Virus record (IMG/VR): IMGVR_UViG_3300021962_000035
Span: 32,001-96,000 of that record
Reading direction: 5' to 3' (one strand)
DNA length: 64,000 nucleotides
Source: a virus
The notes below the pieces were generated by a model. It was not told the origin of the DNA. It saw only the letters and a list, made by a program, of their open reading frames with translations, and made no database searches. Both the position numbers and the translations under genes were made by a program. Shown in pieces: positions 47,401 through 56,467 of the stretch. Position 1 is the stretch's first letter. Each line of letters opens with the position of its first letter.

Positions 47401-48636
47401 AAATCTATAGAAGTTCTGGAAAGAACAATTCCTGCGGAAATACTTGATTTTGCAACATACGGTAATAAATCAGAAGAAGGACAGGATGTTTACGTCAAGG
47501 TCAACCCTGATCCAATAGGTGCAACCGGATACGTTTCTTTTACCCAGTCTGAAATATCAATAAGCGACATATCATCGTATTTAATAATATCTGGACAATA
47601 TGGTTTAGCAACAATAACTTGTTCAACTGCTCACGGTTTACAAACGGGAGACGAAGTAACTTTACTTAACACAATTTCTCAGCTAACTGGAAGATGGGTG
47701 GTGACGGTGCCTTCCGGATCAACTACCACTTTTAAGATTCCTGTAACAATGGAATCTACTTGGAACTTTACTTATATTCAAACCGGTCCTACTAGAATCT
47801 CTGTTGATACATCAATATACCCAAATCAGTATTTTACTGGAACTGGATCTGTCTCAGTTTATGCTGGGGGCAGACTTATTGGATCAGCTGAAACGGGGGA
47901 TTCCCTATACAGAACAGCTAATGCTATAGTTTCCTCTGTAAATTCATTGAGAACTTACCCCGATTATTTCGCATCTTGCTCAGATCCTGGCCTAGACCCT
48001 GTTACTGTTGTTATCAGTGCTCCGGATGAATTAGGCGCAGATCAAAACGGCGTGGCACTGGCTTTTGAAGTTAGCGGATCGCTATCAATATCATCAGCTT
48101 CTACTGGATTGACAGGTGGGGTCACAGCAGAGGAAACTTACGTATACTGGACAGAGTCTAGTGAATCCCTGCCCAACTCAAATCTTAAATATTGGGGAAC
48201 AAAGAGGATAAACTGGAACATATTCTCTGATAATAACTGGGATAATGGATACGCACACACGTGGTTCGATTATGAATTTAATAATGATTGGCTAGGTGGT
48301 TATGAATTACATAATATTAATCCCGGTGATTTTATAAAGATTAGCACGGCTAATGAATTTGACCCATTCCCAATCGGTATAACAGTTCAGCCTGGAGTTT
48401 CCGCTCTAACTATACAGGAGTTATCAAATCAGTTAAATAACGCTTCAGATCCTAATCTGACTAATTTTTATTACAGACCCATACCAAACGAGAGCGGTAG
48501 CTTACCTTTAAACTCTCCGCCGATAAACTTGTCAATATCTAATTCGGTTGTTTCCGCATCTGGATATTTAGCACCTCCTAGTATACTTGGGGGTAATGGA
48601 TTATTAGTAGCTTCTTTCAATTACACTGCGGTGTAA
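44458..48636 (+). CDS. Large baseplate wedge / fibre-attachment protein (gp7-like)
   Basis: YLGSYKGLINVIKFFGYQDLRIKEYW; position after the gp6-like gene; beta-rich C-terminus. Confidence 0.6.
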   Translation: MSNFFYRRLNFYDKTGSPLNFEYIGATGPSELDLKFTYITNSSVSSSGACSVAQLDNNTSPYIDLNPTDLNGYYINSWATEANDYILNGADVFLYGRIAGQNEFSAKITSVVDNSTYYRVNFETDSVSGQELISLDNQIYFNTVYTNRPGGYFKGNIYFDPVSSGLYENQQIFIVQLLESSGNFEYGLPHTGVTGATAGVWRTRWYNDSYGETDVSEILFTYKIEDQLEGGEGKPLIVSYPNIVYSVDADPTDSLTGNGYVSTSTVSSEALSINVAINATDLASNIYERKLIVEDISSGTPQKVIEIDFYGEIIGEDERFDIMLRNIGRAFYQEDSIILRDHDPNEPLPNYLEINEKRKELLVAGEEIFPYLGSYKGLINVIKFFGYQDLRIKEYWLNLQYQSLKLESPLQQNAQFLRAIKNQQKGGYSQSYQIGDVLDNPNSGKYKLVQTYGPDGNGNYVLDVSSEETLLPSRTYKKTSLFGLYYDINKTTGYDSDFGYPEVIDSFQFTQEEVLIKMFALKERLKRDYLPLNARIIDITGEGIYFNVYNTKAWTDVMERPDIESGFYTDIKVTPDFGFLEDLRNFSTRPLANSIQTPSSYNNYYKIESSVGGGTGSAMYFSGIPATGPNPLLTVTAGKTYEFSFDTDGFDLYITTDSSLNQSDPIGLTGNGATAGSSSIVWYVNPQQTSPVYYYSSPNKALLNGVINVLPSELSDLGNIIDPLSFQQNYSANQNQSLISSISEFYTLKQNSDLVELGDGKYDPPAYIDPVTGLQYQTPIGMPIILELIRDIWSWDELNISWSSLLIPSFKVGSRVLYKPTNIYGTVTSVDYSTGIYDILLDNSTTVTTDESSLFSSIQNYTILNWKNVDFSNMVDIEWIINKPATQQGSPYNFQFRGSILDFYTLAHFVPYTGVYQVTCNVYDAFNAKTVAIKNGAITVSPKVIDIDAWSRFREVEDYRWRNVYRGWDDYSSIWEYPAEGKSIEVLERTIPAEILDFATYGNKSEEGQDVYVKVNPDPIGATGYVSFTQSEISISDISSYLIISGQYGLATITCSTAHGLQTGDEVTLLNTISQLTGRWVVTVPSGSTTTFKIPVTMESTWNFTYIQTGPTRISVDTSIYPNQYFTGTGSVSVYAGGRLIGSAETGDSLYRTANAIVSSVNSLRTYPDYFASCSDPGLDPVTVVISAPDELGADQNGVALAFEVSGSLSISSASTGLTGGVTAEETYVYWTESSESLPNSNLKYWGTKRINWNIFSDNNWDNGYAHTWFDYEFNNDWLGGYELHNINPGDFIKISTANEFDPFPIGITVQPGVSALTIQELSNQLNNASDPNLTNFYYRPIPNESGSLPLNSPPINLSISNSVVSASGYLAPPSILGGNGLLVASFNYTAV

Positions 48637-48675
48637 AAAGATGTTTTTGATAATTACATAGACTCTTAGACTAGG

Positions 48676-48683
48676 GATATATA
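48676..48683 (+). promoter_or_regulatory. Late-promoter-like motif GATATATA
   Basis: 25 nt before ATG48709. Confidence 0.65.
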
Positions 48684-48708
48684 ATTAAATTAAATTGTAA
48701 TTCTTTAA

Positions 48709-50469
48709 ATGTCTTTAACAATAACTCAGGGAGATTATGTATACTATCAGGACACCAGTTCGGGTGGTCCTAACGGATGGACATGGAATTTCTCTGGAGG
48801 TAGCCCAACCGGTTCTACTGCTCAGAACCCTTTAGTTAGATATCTCTCCCCATCAACTCCTGGATTCGATACCGTTTTAACCGCATCAAAAACAATACCA
48901 GGGGGAATCATTCTAACATCAGTTAAAACCGAACCTAACCTTATAAAGGTCAATGCAGAAAATCTTACTGTTTCTTTAAGTGCAACTCCATCAACTATAA
49001 GAATGAGCCAAAACGTGGTGTATGGTGCTAGTGGACCTACTGGTAACCTATCATACTATACATGGTCTTTAGCAGGAACTGCAGGATACACAGGTTTGAC
49101 TGCAAGTCAGTCTCTTAACGTTATTAATTGGCTGACTCTTACCGGATCCGAATTGGGAGCAACTTATTCTACTTATTCTACATCGTCCAGTGTTACTGTT
49201 ACCAGTATATTGTCAAACACCGCAAATTCTACGGTGAATGTCACTTATAGCAAGAATGGTCCGGTAGAGATCTATAACTATCTTGATATAGATATTTATC
49301 AACCAAACGTAAGCTATTCCACCACTACTGCTGTTGCTGGGGGTGCACTTTTAACATCAAATCCTACCCTGGCACTATCTGGGTCCGGATATCTTTTTAA
49401 TATCGATACTCATGCATCAGTCCCTAAAAATATAGACAATCAATATTTTAGAGCCCATGGGGAATTTCTTGCTTACTTTTCCCCTTCAATGGATTTTGCT
49501 TATCTTAGCCAGTATGGTTATATTCCGGGACAACTGGTAACAGCTTTTAATGCACTGACCCTGTGTGGCCTGACACCTCCTCCATTGACGAGATATACCC
49601 AGGGAAACTATATGCTTCCTGGTGATATTGGAACTTATTTCGGAGACCAGTTTATTTTCGCCGATGTTCTTTCAGTGACTAAGACTCTTGTAGATAATAG
49701 ATATTGGGCTGTCTCAGATGTTGAATCGATTGTGTTTAGCGATACTTCTGTTGCTTCTCAGTCTTCCAGATCTCTAGAAATTGCAAACGCTACTATATTC
49801 TTTCCTGTGGCTTGTAAAGAGAACATAGACGGAGGATATACCGGGTTTTCTACGGGGAAGGGCGGAATTTGCTTACCTTCATCCAGTTTTGCCATAGGAA
49901 ACCCTGAAATACACCTATTCTTTAACATAGAATACAGCCCAACCGGAAGTATATCAACCATAAATCCTGCATTGACACATCAGATAGATATTCCAATTTC
50001 TATGGGGGGATCAGTCGGAAATACCCCCGATGGAAGCTTGATAACCGCTCAAGACTCTGCATTCGGTACCTTTTATGGAATTGCATCATTGATAAATACG
50101 GAGTTAACAAATCAGGGATATTCCGCGTATATCCAAGCGGAGGCTTCGCCCGCATATGCATGGGGAAAGGGACAAAATTCTTCGGGTGTTTTTTATAATG
50201 CGAATGAATTCCAGGGATTGAAGATATCAATAATAGACAGAGGTCCTACCGGGCCTGCAAACCAATTAATTACAAGAATAACGATAACTGATAACGGCCC
50301 TTGGCCTATACCTTCAAATCCAGCTAACACGTATTCTGCTACAGGACTAACGGGAGGAATTACAGCAAACTGGTTAGGCTTTTATAATGACTATATAGCA
50401 AATCCTTGGCAAATTACAAATCAGGCGGATTCTCAACCTAGAAGAGAATGGTATTTTGGATTACCTTAA
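48709..50469 (+). CDS. PKD-domain virion/tail protein
   Basis: YYQDTSSGGPNGWTWNFSGGSPTGSTAQNP is a PKD-domain signature. Confidence 0.75.
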   Translation: MSLTITQGDYVYYQDTSSGGPNGWTWNFSGGSPTGSTAQNPLVRYLSPSTPGFDTVLTASKTIPGGIILTSVKTEPNLIKVNAENLTVSLSATPSTIRMSQNVVYGASGPTGNLSYYTWSLAGTAGYTGLTASQSLNVINWLTLTGSELGATYSTYSTSSSVTVTSILSNTANSTVNVTYSKNGPVEIYNYLDIDIYQPNVSYSTTTAVAGGALLTSNPTLALSGSGYLFNIDTHASVPKNIDNQYFRAHGEFLAYFSPSMDFAYLSQYGYIPGQLVTAFNALTLCGLTPPPLTRYTQGNYMLPGDIGTYFGDQFIFADVLSVTKTLVDNRYWAVSDVESIVFSDTSVASQSSRSLEIANATIFFPVACKENIDGGYTGFSTGKGGICLPSSSFAIGNPEIHLFFNIEYSPTGSISTINPALTHQIDIPISMGGSVGNTPDGSLITAQDSAFGTFYGIASLINTELTNQGYSAYIQAEASPAYAWGKGQNSSGVFYNANEFQGLKISIIDRGPTGPANQLITRITITDNGPWPIPSNPANTYSATGLTGGITANWLGFYNDYIANPWQITNQADSQPRREWYFGLP

Positions 50470-50492
50470 TAATAATGAGATATCGGAAATAA

Positions 50493-50500
50493 AATATATA
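50493..50500 (+). promoter_or_regulatory. Late-promoter-like motif AATATATA
   Basis: 19 nt before ATG50520. Confidence 0.5.
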
Positions 50501-50519
50501 ATTTACACTAGAAAATTAA

Positions 50520-53500
50520 ATGCCTAACAGTTCAATCTACATAAATCAAATAGCTTTAGATCAGGAATTCTATGTCTGGGCTTCGGGACAGGATCTTAGA
50601 AGATTCAATGGTTCCACTTGGGAATATTATGACTCTACAAATTCTGCTGTTCCCTCTGCATCTCCTTACTATATGGACACCAGATCTATATCTATGGATA
50701 ATGAGGATAAAGTATGGGTTGGAGCAGCTCAGGGATTAACGGCAGGATTTAATGATGTTGCTGTTTTTTATGTAAATACTAATAAAGTCACCGAGGGTAG
50801 AAGCTGGAATTTTAGTGATTTGGGAACATTTACTCAACCACAGGAGGTTTCCTTAGTTCACGCCTGTCAGTTTGGCGACGATATCCTTGCCTTTATTAAC
50901 CCACTTAACGGTGTTGGTGGAACTGCTGGTGTTAGTGCATATACTAGGATTACTGGTGTTACCGGGGGGAGACTTTTTTACTATTTGAAGGAAACCGACC
51001 AGTGGAAGGAAACTGTCGAAAATTACACTTGGCCACACATATACGATATAAAAACCAAAGGGTATGGAGGGTTGGATTATTTCTACTATATGGGGACCTC
51101 AGAGGGTCTTTTTGTTGTACCTCAGGGATCTTTACAAACTTTAACACTAACGGACGGATCTGAATATATTCAACAGGCAAAAGTTTATAACACTAGCACT
51201 AGTGGGATAATCTCCGATAATATTTACTGTCTAGATTTTGACGAGAATGGAAATCTTTGGATGGGCACTGACTCGGGACTTTCATATTTTAATGGAAAGG
51301 AATTTTGGAATTATGGTGTCACTGGAGGCCCAATAAGTTCTATAAAGTCTAGAGAAAATGGGCATGTATTTTACTCCAAAGGTGACGGGGAGCTTTTAAA
51401 CGGTACAGGTATTTGGCATTTTAATGGTACTACACACACTCAATTCAATACATCTAATTCATCCTTACTAAGCGACGATGTGCTCGATATAAAGCTAATA
51501 GAGCACGGTACGACTCAGGAATCTTTAACTATCCACGAGAACGATCTTTGGGTTCTTGGATATAACACTATTTCTCTTTTTGATTACGATATTCCGCATG
51601 TTTACGCCTCTTCTAAGTACGCTGGAGCAACGGGATGGAACTTTACATACTATACACCCACCGGAGGAGCAGCTCCTCTACCAAAGGTAAACAAATACAC
51701 ATGGACATATCCTGAGTGGATGGTTTATCAAACAGAATACTTAGCTGATAAGCATCCTGGTTTAGATCCAGATAACCTATTTTTGACTACGAAATTAAGT
51801 GATATAGCAGACGGAAGAGCGGGTAAACAAGCTTATTGGAACAATTGGCCTTTGCCTTCTTTCGAGCAGGATCAAACATCCGAATCTATACAACCTGCTG
51901 CTTGGGAAGATGCTATTTCTTATATTTCAGGTGCTTCAGGTAATATCGGAATGCTTAAAGTAACATCCGCTACAACACAGACTTTTCTGGGCGATAAAAA
52001 ATATTACGTTGGTGGATACATTCAGCCTGACATTTACACAGGGACTTACTCTATTCAATTTGGATATTACGAGGATTCAACCCCAGCAATACTATCAGGT
52101 TATGGTCCTAGCTTAAATTCGGGTACTTCTTCGACATACAACTCGATGAACAACGGAAAAACTGGATTCGTAGTATCATATTCCGAAAGCGGTAATGTCG
52201 ATTCTATACTTCCATTTAAAGGATTTAGTACAGAGGTTCAGAGCTTATGTGCAAGTGACGATGGACTTTATTTATATGCCTCTGGTACTTTTGATAAATT
52301 CATCGAAGTCGGTGAATTTGTATGGGGAGCATATGAAAATTTAAGCGGACCAACAGGAGCTACCGGTTCTCCTATAGGAATAACTAATTCTATGGTTCCC
52401 GGAGCTACCTCAGGCTCTTATGCTGGAATAGGAACACCTTCTAACGGAACTCTTATTCTTTCTGCCTCTTGGTTGGTCTCGATTGGCAGCGGTGATGCTG
52501 TAGCTTCAACTTATTGTGATTTTGGATTCAATGGTATAGCAGCAGGAACCGGTGGAAAATATAGTGATGTTAATATAGTTTATCTTAACTTCCTAGATTC
52601 TGGAAGTACTAATAGATCTTCGACAATTCTTGCTAGATTAACCGGACAAACCATAGTAATTACTCAGGGTAGTAATACTGCATATTACAGAATAGATCAG
52701 ATTTACAGAGACGGAAATTCATTTGGGATCAGAACTACCTATCAAAGTGGTGCTACAGTTTCATTCCCTTATAATAACGGAGCTTCAATTACCATAAGCT
52801 TTTATGATCGATATAGTACTGTTTATCCATATACTCTTTATAATGGGTCGTCCCAGGCAAATTCTAAAGCAATTTATGTTGCCAAGATAGGAAGAGATTT
52901 GGGTGACTCCTCAACATTTGCTGATATAAATGGAGTTACTGGAGATTACCCAAGAAGTGTAAGAAAAAGATATAGAGTAAATTCGTTTAGATACTTTCCG
53001 CCAGTTTCGACGTATCCCGGAGGAACTGCAAGTACCAAAATAGATTCGTCCAAGTATTACGTAAATCTTGCTATAACCCACACTGCAAGTACTCCTGTTA
53101 CTTTTAATGCTCTAAAAAATCAATGGAATAGAACCACTGATTTACCAACGAGTCTTTCTTATATTGGGGATTCAGCATCAAATCAATTTGGAGCTTATGT
53201 TAAATTGGATTCCGATAATTTGGATTTAGTCGAGATTGCTAATACTTCGGGGTCAACTGGAGGATTTTCTATAGGAGACATCAAATCAGCTAATAACGAA
53301 AGCGGAGTAATTATAACAGGTCAATCCTCTGGAACTTTTAACATGATGGGCATAGAGGTTCTACACCCTTCGCCATCAGCAACTAAAAACTATCCATTCT
53401 ACTTAATATCTGGGGCAACTGCTAACGGAATAACTGGAGGAATAGTAGATATAGGAGGAACCTCTGCTTATAATAACATAAAGAAAATAATTCCACTTAA

Positions 53501-54533
53501 GGATAATTCGGGATATTATGTAAGTACGGTGTTGGGAGATTATGGTCAGGGAATAACAGGTAGTTATTTCGGTAGTCAAACAGTACTCGGATCTACCGGA
53601 CAAAATTACATATACACCGCTAAGATAACAGATCAAGCAACCTTAGTAAAAACTTTTAGTAATTCTACTGGAGTCCTTGATCCTGATATGGGACTTATAG
53701 CTTTCGAAAAGATAAATGATCAGCAGTTCTTTACCTCGTATGAAATTAATACCCCAGGATTAACCGGATATAATGTTGCTCTACTTAAAACAAATAACGC
53801 TAACAAAAATTTAGATTTAAAAAATCTGGATCTCTTTGAAGGAAACTTAGCTTTCGCTAAGGATTCAGATTCTAATATATTTATGTTCGGAGTTAACACG
53901 GGAGGAACAGCGGGAGGAACCGGCAGCTTTATCTCTTTTGGATCGACCGGGGGATTTGCTGCTCTTTCTGAGCAGTACTATCCGGATCTAGGTATAAATT
54001 TAGGAAATATAATCTCCAGGCCTGGATCAGGAGCTTGGACATGGTGCGATGTTCACTCCACTGATAACTATATGGAAGTACCTCTTTTATCTACCGTAGT
54101 ATTCAGTAACTATGCTTCAAACATATACGGTAAAAATAGCAATAAATGGATTCTAAGTAATCCTGAAACCGGCGAGGAGTATCTAAATGTGAAGGAAACT
54201 CCTTATTTTATATACACTTTCATTAATCCAGGATTCTACAGCATATACAATCAGGTGGAGGATTCATATGGTAATATCTATGAAGTTTCCAAACCCGGAT
54301 TCATAAAAGTTGTGAATCATAAAGAGAAAAGAGCAGACGATCCTAGACCAGATTTTGTTGACTCTAGTGACTACACTCTGGAAACTCCTTTAGAATCAAG
54401 AAGAGCTTATCAAACTTCAAGATTAAACAGAGAATTAGAGGCTGATGAAAAATCAATAATGGAAGCTAACGAAGGCCAATTCGGATCTGCAGTTATCATT
54501 CCTGATAATCCAGATGCAACTTTTAATCGCTAA
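50520..54533 (+). CDS. Beta-propeller (two-component-regulator-propeller-like) putative receptor-binding protein
   Basis: IISDNIYCLDFDENGNLWMGTDSGLSYFNG, LLSDDVLDI, RSISMDNEDKVWVG; C-terminal PKD-like YTFINPGFYSI. Confidence 0.7.
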   Translation: MPNSSIYINQIALDQEFYVWASGQDLRRFNGSTWEYYDSTNSAVPSASPYYMDTRSISMDNEDKVWVGAAQGLTAGFNDVAVFYVNTNKVTEGRSWNFSDLGTFTQPQEVSLVHACQFGDDILAFINPLNGVGGTAGVSAYTRITGVTGGRLFYYLKETDQWKETVENYTWPHIYDIKTKGYGGLDYFYYMGTSEGLFVVPQGSLQTLTLTDGSEYIQQAKVYNTSTSGIISDNIYCLDFDENGNLWMGTDSGLSYFNGKEFWNYGVTGGPISSIKSRENGHVFYSKGDGELLNGTGIWHFNGTTHTQFNTSNSSLLSDDVLDIKLIEHGTTQESLTIHENDLWVLGYNTISLFDYDIPHVYASSKYAGATGWNFTYYTPTGGAAPLPKVNKYTWTYPEWMVYQTEYLADKHPGLDPDNLFLTTKLSDIADGRAGKQAYWNNWPLPSFEQDQTSESIQPAAWEDAISYISGASGNIGMLKVTSATTQTFLGDKKYYVGGYIQPDIYTGTYSIQFGYYEDSTPAILSGYGPSLNSGTSSTYNSMNNGKTGFVVSYSESGNVDSILPFKGFSTEVQSLCASDDGLYLYASGTFDKFIEVGEFVWGAYENLSGPTGATGSPIGITNSMVPGATSGSYAGIGTPSNGTLILSASWLVSIGSGDAVASTYCDFGFNGIAAGTGGKYSDVNIVYLNFLDSGSTNRSSTILARLTGQTIVITQGSNTAYYRIDQIYRDGNSFGIRTTYQSGATVSFPYNNGASITISFYDRYSTVYPYTLYNGSSQANSKAIYVAKIGRDLGDSSTFADINGVTGDYPRSVRKRYRVNSFRYFPPVSTYPGGTASTKIDSSKYYVNLAITHTASTPVTFNALKNQWNRTTDLPTSLSYIGDSASNQFGAYVKLDSDNLDLVEIANTSGSTGGFSIGDIKSANNESGVIITGQSSGTFNMMGIEVLHPSPSATKNYPFYLISGATANGITGGIVDIGGTSAYNNIKKIIPLKDNSGYYVSTVLGDYGQGITGSYFGSQTVLGSTGQNYIYTAKITDQATLVKTFSNSTGVLDPDMGLIAFEKINDQQFFTSYEINTPGLTGYNVALLKTNNANKNLDLKNLDLFEGNLAFAKDSDSNIFMFGVNTGGTAGGTGSFISFGSTGGFAALSEQYYPDLGINLGNIISRPGSGAWTWCDVHSTDNYMEVPLLSTVVFSNYASNIYGKNSNKWILSNPETGEEYLNVKETPYFIYTFINPGFYSIYNQVEDSYGNIYEVSKPGFIKVVNHKEKRADDPRPDFVDSSDYTLETPLESRRAYQTSRLNRELEADEKSIMEANEGQFGSAVIIPDNPDATFNR

Positions 54534-55297
54534 TTAGAATTACCCGGCTTAGTATTTTTTTCTTCCCATTCGTCAAAGGTTTCCTCTATCAGTCTCACGA
54601 TAGGATCTCTAACAATGTCGCTTACGGCAAAGTGCATAGTTCCGATGTCATCTTTGTTCTCGAATAGTCTAATAACTAGATCTAATGAAGAAAACTTAGA
54701 GTTCTTCATATCAATCTGTTTTGTATCTCCAGTGATGATCATTTTAGTGTCAGTACCTATTCTGGTCATCGTCGATCTCATGTTTTTCTGAGTGATATTC
54801 TGAGCTTCGTCAACTATGATAATAGCGTTATCGATAGATCTACCCCTAATGAAAGCTAAAGGTAACACTTCAATGTAACCCTGATCTACCATGATTTGAG
54901 TTAGTCCTTCGCCTATTATCTTGTGGAAGTTATCTAGAAATGATATGGTAAACGGAAGCATTTTTTCTTTAAGATCTCCCTTGAGAAATCCAACCTCTTC
55001 TCCCTCAAGAACCGTCACACTTTTAACGAGTATGATTTTCTTAAATCTTGAATCTGTTTTTAGAAGTTTTAATGCTTGAGCACAAGCGAGATAAGTTTTA
55101 CCTGTTCCTGCAGGGCCTGCTACAATAGTTATCTTATTGTTGTTTATTAAGGTTACTAGAGACTTTTGGCTTTCGTTTTTGAATTTGTAATCCAGTTTCA
55201 ATTTTTCTAAATTGAAAGATCCATTAGATGGCTGATACCCCGGTGGGAATGTCTCGTAAAATTCTTCGTCGCTAATTCTTTTTTTTCTGTTCGCCAT
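54530..55297 (-). CDS. phoH: PhoH-family ATPase
   Basis: GPAGTGKTYLA, PLAFIRGRS, IVDEAQN, TRIG, ITGDTKQID. ATG at 55297 preferred over GTG55318. Confidence 0.93.
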   Translation of the reverse strand: MANRKKRISDEEFYETFPPGYQPSNGSFNLEKLKLDYKFKNESQKSLVTLINNNKITIVAGPAGTGKTYLACAQALKLLKTDSRFKKIILVKSVTVLEGEEVGFLKGDLKEKMLPFTISFLDNFHKIIGEGLTQIMVDQGYIEVLPLAFIRGRSIDNAIIIVDEAQNITQKNMRSTMTRIGTDTKMIITGDTKQIDMKNSKFSSLDLVIRLFENKDDIGTMHFAVSDIVRDPIVRLIEETFDEWEEKNTKPGNSN

Positions 55298-55307
55298 ATT
55301 ATATTTT

Positions 55308-55466
55308 TTATTGTACACCAGGATTTAACACCTTCCTAGGCTGTTTATTCTTACTTAATAAAATTATTGATTTTTTTGGGATTATTGGGGAATAAATCTC
55401 CTTTTTTTGACTTAAAGATATGTCTTCGATGTCATTTATGGTAAGTTTGTGTTTTTGTACTGCCAT
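55308..55466 (-). CDS. Small basic hypothetical protein (52 aa), below the track cutoff
   Basis: Manual translation MAVQKHKLTINDIEDISLSQKKEIYSPIIPKKSIILLSKNKQPRKVLNPGVQ*; fills the gap between the promoter motif and phoH. Confidence 0.5.
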   Translation of the reverse strand: MAVQKHKLTINDIEDISLSQKKEIYSPIIPKKSIILLSKNKQPRKVLNPGVQ

Positions 55467-55489
55467 ATTTAAGTGTTGTCTGAGACATA

Positions 55490-55499
55490 GATATATATT
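55490..55499. promoter_or_regulatory. Overlapping bidirectional late-type motif (GATATATA on +, AATATATA on -)
   Basis: GATATATATT between divergent starts at 55528 (+) and 55466 (-). Confidence 0.55.
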
Positions 55500-55527
55500 T
55501 CACTTTAAAAAGAAATAAAACAACAAA

Positions 55528-56442
55528 ATGGCAACAGTAAACATTACAGAAATTTTAGGAACCGATTCCATCTCAGGATCTAGAGTAACTATCAATTCCA
55601 ATTTTCTTATTCTACAAAACTGGATAAACGGGTACGTTACAGTTTTTGGAGTAGACTCGGTGAATGGTATATTAGATCTTAGCTCAGCTTCAACAGGTAA
55701 AGTTCAGGCAAAAATAGGAGCTTTTGATGCTATATCAGTACCTAGTACAGGAACGGTCAAAGCATCTATTAGCAACCTTGGAGCTGCTGGATTCGTTGAC
55801 GTTCAGACTACCACTTTAACGGCTTCGGGAGCGGTTACACTAAACGGAGCGGTTACTTACGGAACTGGCTCAGTATTTACGGTAGGTGGAACGGCCAGCT
55901 TCAACGGAAGCTTTAGCGCTAATGCTGCTTTAAACCTAGGAACACAGGGTCACATAGTAAGTGCTAACACTACATATCAAACAGGTTTAACAGCAGGATC
56001 TGCTTTCCCTGCCAATACTTCAGGTATCGGAGGCGGTGGACGTATTACTTCAGTGAACTCCCCTTATGCAATAACTGGTTTAGAAGACGTTATTTATGCA
56101 AATTGCGGTCCAACAGGATTTTTCATGAAGGTTGTTGACGGAACTTCCCCTGTAGGAGGTACTTTACCTAACATTCCTCAAGGAACTAGAATTACCATTA
56201 TTAACACTTCAGCAGCTACTGGTTACATCTATACTGGTTTAACCGGAACTACCTCCACTTATTATACTGGATTTAATACCAGTGCTTCTTACGGAGGATA
56301 TTCTTCTACTGGTATCGTTCTAACCGCTAGTAAATCGTACAGATCAGCGGTAACTTTACAATGGGAATCTAGAGTTGGACAAGGCCAGGCAACACAAAAT
56401 GGTTCTTGGATAGTTCTAGCTTCTACTAATGCTACGGTTTAA
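55528..56442 (+). CDS. Thr/Gly-rich tail fibre or baseplate-associated protein
   Basis: N-terminal ILGTDSISGSRVTINSNF; beta-rich composition. Confidence 0.55.
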   Translation: MATVNITEILGTDSISGSRVTINSNFLILQNWINGYVTVFGVDSVNGILDLSSASTGKVQAKIGAFDAISVPSTGTVKASISNLGAAGFVDVQTTTLTASGAVTLNGAVTYGTGSVFTVGGTASFNGSFSANAALNLGTQGHIVSANTTYQTGLTAGSAFPANTSGIGGGGRITSVNSPYAITGLEDVIYANCGPTGFFMKVVDGTSPVGGTLPNIPQGTRITIINTSAATGYIYTGLTGTTSTYYTGFNTSASYGGYSSTGIVLTASKSYRSAVTLQWESRVGQGQATQNGSWIVLASTNATV

Positions 56443-56467
56443 TTAGAATAAAAATAAAAGAAATTTA

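Noticed and set aside
401-53636. Numerous short antisense or alternate-frame ORFs in the track (e.g. 401..769-, 5781..6284-, 12899..13351-, 18623..19078-, 30205..30612-, 35136..35411+)
   Set aside because: They lie wholly or mostly within well-supported genes, have Ser/Leu/Phe-rich shadow composition and show no motifs or upstream signals.
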